This document shows positions 20,008-28,210 of a DNA stretch of 64,000 nt, in pieces. This stretch comes from Nitrospinaceae bacterium (lineage in GTDB: Bacteria > Nitrospinota > Nitrospinia > Nitrospinales > Nitrospinaceae), in assembly GCA_965223665.1 (NCBI GenBank), contig OZ245011.1, positions 3,392,001-3,456,000 of the forward strand. Direction: 5' to 3'. A program made the translations under genes and the position numbers. Numbering within the stretch: the first letter of the stretch is position 1; every line of letters begins with the position of its first letter. The notes under the pieces are model-generated. The model saw only the letters and a list, made by a program, of their open reading frames with translations. It did no database searches and was not told the DNA's origin.

Positions 20008-21354
20008 TTAATTCTTAATTAAATGATTCAGTTGTTGAACACTTTCTTCCAAGGAAATCGACTCCTGAATTCCTTGTCTTAGATATTCATTAAATTTTTC
20101 AACTTTATTGATTGCCAGGTCAATTTTGGGATTACTTCCTGGGGTATAAGCTCCAATATTGATTAAATCTTCAGCTTCCCTGTAAGTGGCTAATATGTCT
20201 TTGAACTTCATGGAAACTTCATGATGTTCAGGTTTAATAACATCTATCATTAAACGACTAATACTTTCTAATATGTCAATTGCTGGATAGTGGTTGTGGG
20301 AAGCTAAACGACGAGATAATACAATGTGGCCATCAAGTATGGCGCGAACTGCATCAGATATCGGTTCATTGAGGTCGTCTCCTTCTACTAAAACCGTATA
20401 AAGACCTGTAATGGTTCCATTACCCTTCGAAGTCCCTGCCCGTTCCAGCAATTTGGGAAGTAGGGAAAACACAGAAGGTGTATAGCCCCGGGTAGTTGGA
20501 GGTTCACCGACAGAAAGACCAATTTCTCTCTGAGCTAATGCAAACCGGGTAACCGAATCCATCATTAAAATTACGTTTTTTCCCATATCTCTAAAATATT
20601 CTGCGATGGTTGTGGCAATGAAAGCTCCTCGCAACCGAACCAGGGGAGGCTGGTCAGAAGCAGCTGCCACAACTACTGACTTTTTTAAACCATCAGGACC
20701 CAAGTTTTCATCAATAAATTCTTTTACTTCTCGTCCCCGCTCTCCAATTAGTGCAATTACATTTATTTCCGCCTCTGTATTCCGTGCAATCATTCCCATT
20801 AATACAGATTTTCCCACACCGGTACCTGCCATTATTCCTATTCGCTGTCCACGAGCGCATGTGATTAATCCATTCAATGCGCGAATACCTACATCGAGAG
20901 GGCGTGATATTGGTGATCTTTCTAAGGGATTTAGGGGGGTGCCTATTATGGAATACTCCTTTCCCATTGGGATAGGACCCTTGTTATCCAAGGGGTTTCC
21001 ATTCCCATCAATCACTCTACCCAATAATCCCGGGCTAACATTTAAAGTAGGAGATTCTTCTTTTGCTTCAACGATACTTCCGGGAACCAATCCAGCCATA
21101 TCACCCAAAGCCATAAGCAATATTTTGTTATCACGGAAACCCACGACCTCAGCATCCACTGATTTTTTGTTTTGCGGTGAATGGATGGTACATATACTTC
21201 CAAGAGAAACTGCAGGTCCATCTCCTTCTAATATAAGTCCGGTAACACGATTTATTCGGCCACTTTTTTTTACCAAAGGCAAACTATTTATATAAGAATT
21301 ATATTTTTTTAAATCGATCATGTTTTGCATTAAATAACTACTCGTTTGTTTCAA
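20008..21354 (-). CDS. fliI: Flagellar export ATPase FliI
   Basis: GQRIGIMAGTGVGKS, IGERGREV, DSVTRFA and GEPPTTRGY motifs. True start probably 21330 or 21321. Confidence 0.96.
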   Translation of the reverse strand: MKQTSSYLMQNMIDLKKYNSYINSLPLVKKSGRINRVTGLILEGDGPAVSLGSICTIHSPQNKKSVDAEVVGFRDNKILLMALGDMAGLVPGSIVEAKEESPTLNVSPGLLGRVIDGNGNPLDNKGPIPMGKEYSIIGTPLNPLERSPISRPLDVGIRALNGLITCARGQRIGIMAGTGVGKSVLMGMIARNTEAEINVIALIGERGREVKEFIDENLGPDGLKKSVVVAAASDQPPLVRLRGAFIATTIAEYFRDMGKNVILMMDSVTRFALAQREIGLSVGEPPTTRGYTPSVFSLLPKLLERAGTSKGNGTITGLYTVLVEGDDLNEPISDAVRAILDGHIVLSRRLASHNHYPAIDILESISRLMIDVIKPEHHEVSMKFKDILATYREAEDLINIGAYTPGSNPKIDLAINKVEKFNEYLRQGIQESISLEESVQQLNHLIKN

Positions 21355-22162
21355 ATGAAGTCGATTCTTCAGGAATGGGGGCAGTATTCAGTATTTTTTC
21401 AATTTGATCATGTAGGGTTTCAATTCCAGCGTGAATGGTTCCAAAATTTGAGTCTATTAAGCAATGGCCTTGAGGAACGGAGGTGTGTCCCTCTATTTTT
21501 AAATTATGGACATCCTGAAATTGTTCTTTTAACTCTGGTTTATACTTATCTACATAACCCTTGTCAGTAGGATGGACTTTAATAGTCATTGTTTCTCGGT
21601 CGAGAATGGATTGGACGGCAAGTCGAATGATATCTTGAATACTGTTTTCTTTATTTTCTAGTTCAACCTGTAAAATTTTCTTTGAAATTCCCACAATCAT
21701 TTCTAACATTTCCCGCTCGACTTTAGGAAACATTTGTTTTCTAAACTTACTAAGTTCTTCTATCAAGTTTTGGGTAGTAGTGATAAAGGGCATGAATTCT
21801 TTTGCAGCATTAGATTCTCCTGCTTTAAAACCTTCAGCAAAACCTTCGTCATAGCCATCTTTTTTGGATTGAGACCGGATATTGTCAGCTTGAACTTTTA
21901 TTTTCTCCATCGCGTCTGCAAAAATTTCCTTAACACCTTCTCTGGCTTTTTTTACATTGCTTACCTCAAAATTTCTAGCTTGTTCTGAGTCAAAAGTGAA
22001 CTTCCGTTTTACAGATTGAGTATTGGAAACAAATTCATTTAGTTGAAATGGTGTTGGGTTTTCAGATTGTATATCGGGGTTTTCTTCAATAGGGGTGGTC
22101 TCGTTGAGTGAAGAATTTGAAAAATCATTACTACGTTTAAACAAGCTCTTCCCCTCCGCCAC
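21338..22162 (-). CDS. fliH: Flagellar assembly protein FliH
   Basis: GxxxG repeats (GYDEGFAEGFKAG), IKVHPTD and GHCLIDSNFG; between fliG and fliI. Confidence 0.9.
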   Translation of the reverse strand: MAEGKSLFKRSNDFSNSSLNETTPIEENPDIQSENPTPFQLNEFVSNTQSVKRKFTFDSEQARNFEVSNVKKAREGVKEIFADAMEKIKVQADNIRSQSKKDGYDEGFAEGFKAGESNAAKEFMPFITTTQNLIEELSKFRKQMFPKVEREMLEMIVGISKKILQVELENKENSIQDIIRLAVQSILDRETMTIKVHPTDKGYVDKYKPELKEQFQDVHNLKIEGHTSVPQGHCLIDSNFGTIHAGIETLHDQIEKILNTAPIPEESTSFETNE

Positions 22163-23150
22163 CTATTACGAGTTTGCCTTCTTCTTCCAGGCGTTTGCAT
22201 ATAGCAACAATCTTTTGCTGGCATTTTTCAACTTCACTAACTCTTGTGGGTCCAAGAGATTCTAAGTCTTCCCTCAGCATGGTGGCAGCCCTTTCAGACA
22301 TATTAGAGAAAATTTTATTTTGCAAATCTTCGCTTGCAGTTTTAAGGGAAATTAAGAGGTCTTCTTGATTAACTTCCTTAAGGACTAGTTGTAAGCCGTT
22401 GTCGTCGATTTTAAGAATATCTTCAAAAGTAAATCGCAAGTTTCGAATTTCATTTGCCATATCCGGATCTACTTCATCCATGGCCGTTAATATAGAAGTC
22501 TCAGTGGCACGATCCAGGGATCCCATAATTTGTGCCGCTTGAACTACGCCTCCCATTTTGCTTCCAGATACTGCTCCAGAGGAACGAAACTCAGATTGTA
22601 ATGCTTCATCTAATTCTCGTATAACTTGTGGAGAAACTCTTTCTAAAGTTGACAGTCTATGTAAAATTTCCATTCTAGACTCTTCAGGCATTTCTCTTAG
22701 AGTAGCGCTACTAACTTGTGCTTCAAGATGGGCCATGATGATTGCAGCAGTTTGAGGATGTTCATTTTTTAGAAAAGTTGCAATTACTTTAGGTTCTAAC
22801 ATTCGGACCGTTTCTAAACCACCTCCTAAATCTTCTCCTGGGGTTGTAATATTATTGAGTATTTCGGAGGCTTTAACGGGGTCCATAGCCCGCATCAAAG
22901 TGGTCTTCAAAAAATCTAATCCTGGGATACCCAATCCCCCTGTCCCTGTTTCGACGTTTTCGTAAAATTCTTTTGTGACATTATCCATGACAAACATGTC
23001 TACATCCCCAAGGGCAGACATGTAGTTACCAATGGTTTGGATTTCACGTTCTTCCATTTCAGCCAAAATTTTTGCAGCACCTTCCTCACCCAAGGACATC
23101 AGAAATATTGCGGCTTTTTCTGGACCTGTATATTTTCTATCTTGGGCCAT
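22137..23150 (-). CDS. fliG: Flagellar motor switch protein FliG
   Basis: GPEKAAIFLMSLG, EHPQTAA, FTFEDI and NMSERAA motifs. Confidence 0.97.
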   Translation of the reverse strand: MAQDRKYTGPEKAAIFLMSLGEEGAAKILAEMEEREIQTIGNYMSALGDVDMFVMDNVTKEFYENVETGTGGLGIPGLDFLKTTLMRAMDPVKASEILNNITTPGEDLGGGLETVRMLEPKVIATFLKNEHPQTAAIIMAHLEAQVSSATLREMPEESRMEILHRLSTLERVSPQVIRELDEALQSEFRSSGAVSGSKMGGVVQAAQIMGSLDRATETSILTAMDEVDPDMANEIRNLRFTFEDILKIDDNGLQLVLKEVNQEDLLISLKTASEDLQNKIFSNMSERAATMLREDLESLGPTRVSEVEKCQQKIVAICKRLEEEGKLVIGGGGEELV

Positions 23151-23165
23151 AATTTGGGTTCCTTA

Positions 23166-24749
23166 CTAGGATCGATCTTTTAACCATTTTCGGATAATTC
23201 CAGCAGCATATTTAGGATCCGCTTCTACAAATTCATTGACGGATTGACGCATGTCCGTCATTTCTTTATTTGCGCGTTGGATTCGCTTCTTTTCTTCTTC
23301 AGCCTCTAACTCTTCATGGCTGGGTAAAGGTTCTTCTTCAGGGACCACTTCTACACTCGTTGAAACCCATCGAACCATGGGCATTAGAATTTTTAATATG
23401 AATATTAATAATAGTATAACAGCGCCTAGAATTTTTGCACCGGTGATGATCATATCCCAACGCTCTTCAGAGGCCAATTTTTCAGCTCTTTTCAGGTCTT
23501 CAGATTTATCAAACTGTACATTTTCAAGTTGGATTTTATCTCCCCGTTTTTCATTGAATCCAACGGCTGTTTTAATAATTTCTAAAAACTTTGCCATCTC
23601 TTCGCTGGACCGTGGTTTGTATTCGGGGGGATCTCCTTGAAGAAGACCATCTACCAAAACGCTTACGGATAGCCTTTTTATTTCACCTGATGTTTCAGTG
23701 ATATGTTTAATAACTTTATTAATTTCATAATTGAAAGTCTGTTTTTCTTTCGATTTTTGTGCAGGATTGCCACCCGTTGTCTGACCACCCTGTCCACCAG
23801 GGACCAGAGACTGAACTCCAGGAACTCCACCAGCAGGGGAAGAACCAACGGACGATTCATTGGAATTTTGTTCACTGCGAACCACCTGAGAATCAGGATC
23901 AAAGATCTCTTCTGTCCGTTCAACTTTGTCAAAGTTAATTTCTGCTGTAACTTTTGCAATTACTTTCTCCGGGCCTAAGGCTTCTTCAAACATTCCAATA
24001 ATGCTTGCTTCTAATTCTTGTTCGACTTTTCTTTTATACTTGTAATTAGATGCAGTAAAAAGTGCGGATTCGGAGGAAGTTCCCTTTTGTCCTGAAAGTA
24101 AATTCCCGTTAAAGTCTACCAAGACTACGTTATTAGCAGGCAATCCTTCAACACTGCTTGATACTAGATGGACAATCCCTTGAATTTGATGTTCGGTAAG
24201 AGATTTACCTGATCGGATTTTTAACATAACTGAGGCTTTTCCCTCAGGTTTATCTTTTAGAAAAATTTCTCCTTTTGGAATTACTAAATGAACACGCGCT
24301 TGATCAACAGCATCAAGGGATTTAATGGTTCTAGAAAGCTCCCCTTGCAGAGCCCGTTGGAAATTTAATTTTTGAATAAATTCAGTCATTCCTAAAGGGG
24401 TGTCTTCAAATAATTCCAATCCAACTTCATTCCCTTCAGGTAAACCTTTGCTGGCAAGATTGATGCGAGTTTCGTGAACCACTGAAGCAGGGACACGAAT
24501 ATTTTTACCGTTGTTTGAAAGTTCATATTCAATATTTCTTGTTTTTAATTCTTCAACAACTGCAGAAGCATCTTCAGGGGATAAATTTGCAAATAGTAAC
24601 TGGTGGTCAGGAGATTGGATCCAGATCACCATGGTCAATAGAGAAGCAACAAATGCGGCCGCCAAACCTAATGCGATAGCTTTATTCGTAGGAGAGAGGT
24701 CCTTAAATCGGGTAATTAAATTTTGAATGAACTGGAGGAAATTGTCCAT
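23166..24749 (-). CDS. fliF: Flagellar MS-ring protein FliF
   Basis: GLELFE..LGMTEF, RALQGELSRTI, ARVHLVIP, ASV.L, YEINK and RLSVSVLVDG motifs. Confidence 0.96.
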   Translation of the reverse strand: MDNFLQFIQNLITRFKDLSPTNKAIALGLAAAFVASLLTMVIWIQSPDHQLLFANLSPEDASAVVEELKTRNIEYELSNNGKNIRVPASVVHETRINLASKGLPEGNEVGLELFEDTPLGMTEFIQKLNFQRALQGELSRTIKSLDAVDQARVHLVIPKGEIFLKDKPEGKASVMLKIRSGKSLTEHQIQGIVHLVSSSVEGLPANNVVLVDFNGNLLSGQKGTSSESALFTASNYKYKRKVEQELEASIIGMFEEALGPEKVIAKVTAEINFDKVERTEEIFDPDSQVVRSEQNSNESSVGSSPAGGVPGVQSLVPGGQGGQTTGGNPAQKSKEKQTFNYEINKVIKHITETSGEIKRLSVSVLVDGLLQGDPPEYKPRSSEEMAKFLEIIKTAVGFNEKRGDKIQLENVQFDKSEDLKRAEKLASEERWDMIITGAKILGAVILLLIFILKILMPMVRWVSTSVEVVPEEEPLPSHEELEAEEEKKRIQRANKEMTDMRQSVNEFVEADPKYAAGIIRKWLKDRS

Positions 24750-24792
24750 TTTTTGAGAGGATTATATTAAGAAATATTGAATGAAAAAGTAA

Positions 24793-25230
24793 TTATCTGC
24801 CTAATTCTATTGCTCGCATTGCCATCGATTTTGCTGCATTTATTGCTTGGATATTGGCTTCAAAGGATCGAGAGGCATTGATTAAGTCAACCATTTCCTG
24901 GACCATATTTATATTTGGAAAAGCTACATAGCCTTCTTCATTTGCATCAGGGTGACTTGGATTGAATACTAATTTGGGTTGCGTTTGGTCCTCGGAGATG
25001 TTTGTGGTGATTACTTGTCTTACCTGGTCAGCAAGTTCTTCGTTTAATTGCGAGGAAAAGTCATCGCTTATTGGAAGGGAAGAGACGACAATATCTTTTC
25101 TTCGATAGGGTCCACCTTCAGGGGTTCGCGTGGTCTCAATATTGGCTAAGTTACTTGAGATGGTTTCCATTCGCTTTCTCTGAACCGTTAGGCCTGAAGA
25201 GCTAATATTTATCGATGTAGAAAATTCCAT
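24793..25230 (-). CDS. flgC: Flagellar basal-body rod protein FlgC
   Basis: SGLTVQRKRM..ISSNLAN..TT...GGPYRRK, HPDA..EGYV..PN and ASRSFEAN motifs. Confidence 0.97.
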   Translation of the reverse strand: MEFSTSINISSSGLTVQRKRMETISSNLANIETTRTPEGGPYRRKDIVVSSLPISDDFSSQLNEELADQVRQVITTNISEDQTQPKLVFNPSHPDANEEGYVAFPNINMVQEMVDLINASRSFEANIQAINAAKSMAMRAIELGR

Positions 25231-25304
25231 AAGAGCGTCCTTCCATTGGGCTTAGTTAAAAATCACCAAAATCTAACAATTTCAAATGGTTATAATGATT
25301 TATT

Positions 25305-25321
25305 AGCAAAACTTATACCAA
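25305..25321 (-). promoter_or_regulatory. sigma54 (-24/-12) promoter of the flgC-fliF operon
   Basis: Minus strand TTGGTATAAGTTTTGCT (GG-N10-GC), about 75 bp upstream of the flgC ATG. Confidence 0.75.
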
Positions 25322-25458
25322 ATTATTCGATGGGTACAAGTTATTGGTAATGGGGAGATCGATCCCAAAATCTCTTGAAAAAAAGGACTTTATAGTGCAA
25401 TTATTTAGATTGGGTCTGAGGATTTCTATTAAGGTAGGGAATTAGGGAAGGAAAATAC

Positions 25459-25491
25459 TGTCAGTAGTTTGACAATGAGGCAAATTTTGAC
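25459..25491. promoter_or_regulatory. Pair of putative enhancer-binding-protein (FleQ-like) sites
   Basis: TGTCA-GTAGTT-TGACA palindrome (25459-25474) and GGCAAATTTTGAC (25479-25491), about 140-170 bp upstream of the sigma54 site. Confidence 0.55.
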
Positions 25492-25518
25492 TTTAAGAGA
25501 AGGATATAGAGAATGATA

Positions 25519-26895
25519 TTAGGTTTGATGATTTTCAGTTTGGTATTCATTGAGTTTATTTCTTAAAGTTCGAATGCTAATTCCCAATTTTTCCGCAGCG
25601 CGGGTTTTATTCCCGGATTCTTCGTCCAGAGTTTTGTAAATAAGAACCCGTTCCATATCTTGAATGGTTCCTTGAAAGTTTCCTATAACCTTACCTTTTT
25701 GGTTAGAAGGAATCGTATTTTCTTCTAAAAATAAATGAGACGGATTCAGAGTATTTTCTTGGCAAATTAATACCGCTCGTTCCATTATATTTTCCATTTC
25801 ACGGACATTCCCTTTCCAATAATATTTTTTTAAGGTATTAATAGCTTCAGCTGAAAGTTGAGTTAATTGTTTCCTATTTGCCAAACTGTGCTTCTTAAGA
25901 AAATATTCCGCTAAAGCAGGGATGTCTTCAGGCCTTTCCCTTAGAGGGGGTAAATTTATTGGAATCACATTTAAGCGATAATATAAGTCCTCACGAAATT
26001 TGTTCTCTTCGGTAAGTTTTTTAGGATCCCGGTTAGTGGTAGCAATAACTCGGACATCCACGGGGATGGGCTCACGACCACCTACTTTGTCAACCTCATG
26101 TTCTTGCAATACTCTTAAGAGTTTAGCTTGCAGAGCCATACTCATTTCAGTCACTTCATCTAGAAGAATAGTCCCTTTATTTGCAAGTTCAAACTTTCCC
26201 TCCTTTTTATTTATGGCCCCAGTGAACGCACCTTTTTCATGCCCGAATAACTCTGATTCAAGTAAACCTTCTGGAAGGGCAGCACAATTTACTGCTAGAA
26301 AGGGTTGGTCTGAACGCGGGCTGCATTGGTGAATATATCGAGCAAACATTTCTTTTCCAGTTCCTGTTTCGCCAGCAATGAGAACGGTTGATTTACTGTA
26401 TGCAATATTTTCTACAAACTTAAGGAGTTCTAACATTCTGGGATTACATGTAATTATTTCTCCCTTTTTTTCTAAGATTACTGGTTTGGGAGAAGATGTA
26501 GATTTTGAAGAAGAAGTGGTTTTATTTTTTAAAGCGCGTTTTACAGCTGAAATAAGAATGTCTACAGAAAAAGGTTTTAAAAGGTAGTCAAAGGCTCCTT
26601 CCTTCATCAACTCAACTGCATTATCAATGGTTCCAAAGGCGGTCATCATGATTACAGGTGTTTGAGGAGATAATTTTTTGATCTGACTTAAAAGTTCGTG
26701 ACCGGTCATTTGGGGCATTTTGACATCAGAGATCACCAAATCGAAATCATGGTTTTTAAATTGTTCAATTGCTTCTTTTCCATTTTCTGCGGCCTTAGGT
26801 TCTAGACCTTCTCTGATAAGAGCTTCAGTTAAAGCCGCACGCATTTCTGATTCGTCATCAACAATTAAAATTTTATTGGAAATATTTTTTTTCAT
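25519..26895 (-). CDS. sigma54-dependent response regulator (REC-AAA+-Fis; FleR/FlgR-like)
   Basis: REC domain, GETGTGKE, ESELFGHEKGAFTGA, FREDLYYRL, WKGNVRE and Fis HTH. Confidence 0.93.
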   Translation of the reverse strand: MKKNISNKILIVDDESEMRAALTEALIREGLEPKAAENGKEAIEQFKNHDFDLVISDVKMPQMTGHELLSQIKKLSPQTPVIMMTAFGTIDNAVELMKEGAFDYLLKPFSVDILISAVKRALKNKTTSSSKSTSSPKPVILEKKGEIITCNPRMLELLKFVENIAYSKSTVLIAGETGTGKEMFARYIHQCSPRSDQPFLAVNCAALPEGLLESELFGHEKGAFTGAINKKEGKFELANKGTILLDEVTEMSMALQAKLLRVLQEHEVDKVGGREPIPVDVRVIATTNRDPKKLTEENKFREDLYYRLNVIPINLPPLRERPEDIPALAEYFLKKHSLANRKQLTQLSAEAINTLKKYYWKGNVREMENIMERAVLICQENTLNPSHLFLEENTIPSNQKGKVIGNFQGTIQDMERVLIYKTLDEESGNKTRAAEKLGISIRTLRNKLNEYQTENHQT

Positions 26896-26899
26896 TAAT

Positions 26900-28195
26900 T
26901 TATTCTTCCCATCCTGGAATTTTTACAGTAAAAGTTGCTCCTTGCCCTTCACAGCTTTCCAAGTCGATTGTGCCTTGATGTGCTTTTACTATGTTATGAG
27001 CAATGGCCAACCCCAAACCGGTACCTTTATCTTTTGTGGTAAAAAAAGGATTAAATATATTTTTTTGATCTTTTGTAGAGATTCCAACTCCTGTATCAGA
27101 AAATGTAACAGCTACATAGTGACGATGATAAATGTTTCTAAGATTAGAATAATTTTTATCTGTTTGAATTTTTAATTCTCCTCCTTTAGGCATGGCTTGA
27201 ATTGCATTTCTTATAAAATTCAAAAATACTTGCTCTAATAATCCTCGATCTCCCGAAGCAATCACATTGCTTTCTTTAAAATTAAAATGAATTTTTATAT
27301 TTTTGGGAATGCTTAATTGAGTGGAAGATTCAAATATGTGTTTTAGCAATTCATTGATATCGCATTGTTGTCTGGAGGGTTCAGGCGATTTTGCAAATAA
27401 AAGCAAGCTCGAAATGATTCGATCCATATTTTTAACGCCTGAAATGATATGTTCAGTTAGAGGTCGTTTGTCTTCATCTTCCAATAAATCTTTTTGGAGC
27501 ATTGATGCAAATAACTCAATGCCCCCTAGAGGATTTCGAATTTCATGAGCAATCCCTGCAGCCATCTCTCCCATTGCCCTTAACCTGTCGTTACGTTGGG
27601 CTTCTTCTTCCAAATGTTTAAGTTGTGTTATGTCTTGGAGAATTAGCACAGTCCCTATGGGATAGCCCTGTGGATTTTTTAGGGGGGATGCTGTGACCTG
27701 AATTTTCTTTTTATTATTATTTGCAACCCATTGGATTTCCTCTGAAATTGCAATGGCTTCCCCATTTTGCATTTGATCGACAATACTGATGATTATTTCA
27801 TTATAAATGGTATCTATTAATTTGCTTGAAACGCACTTATTTGAAGGAAGACTCGTAATTGTTTCTGCTGCTTGATTGAAAGTTGTAATTATCCCGTTAT
27901 GGTCTACGACAATTACCCCGGTTGGCAAACTTTCAAGAATATAATGAAGATAGTTTTTAACTTCTTCTTTTTCATTTAAGTTCTGCTTAAGCTCTAAATT
28001 TTTATTCTCAAGCTCTAAGTTAAGTGTTTCAATTTGTTTTTGAAGTTTTTCATAGGACTCTTGCAAGTGTCGAGTGGTTTCATTAAAAGACTCGAAAGCA
28101 GAGCGGAGTGTATTTAATTCGATTGTCGATAAATTTTTGGGTAAATCTTTTTCCATAATGGTTGGTGTTGAATGAACTTTTTTGTGGCTAATCAT
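26900..28195 (-). CDS. PAS sensor histidine kinase (FleS/FlgS-like)
   Basis: Coiled coil, PAS domain, AHEIRNPL, NAIQAM, DTGVG and PFFTTKDKGTGLGL; no clear TM segment. Confidence 0.92.
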   Translation of the reverse strand: MISHKKVHSTPTIMEKDLPKNLSTIELNTLRSAFESFNETTRHLQESYEKLQKQIETLNLELENKNLELKQNLNEKEEVKNYLHYILESLPTGVIVVDHNGIITTFNQAAETITSLPSNKCVSSKLIDTIYNEIIISIVDQMQNGEAIAISEEIQWVANNNKKKIQVTASPLKNPQGYPIGTVLILQDITQLKHLEEEAQRNDRLRAMGEMAAGIAHEIRNPLGGIELFASMLQKDLLEDEDKRPLTEHIISGVKNMDRIISSLLLFAKSPEPSRQQCDINELLKHIFESSTQLSIPKNIKIHFNFKESNVIASGDRGLLEQVFLNFIRNAIQAMPKGGELKIQTDKNYSNLRNIYHRHYVAVTFSDTGVGISTKDQKNIFNPFFTTKDKGTGLGLAIAHNIVKAHQGTIDLESCEGQGATFTVKIPGWEE

Positions 28196-28210
28196 TATTT
28201 AATTTGAAGC

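Noticed and set aside
20606-21295. 229 aa plus-strand ORF, and the many other short antisense ORFs in the track
   Set aside because: Antisense shadows of well-supported genes (here fliI); no motifs or RBS.
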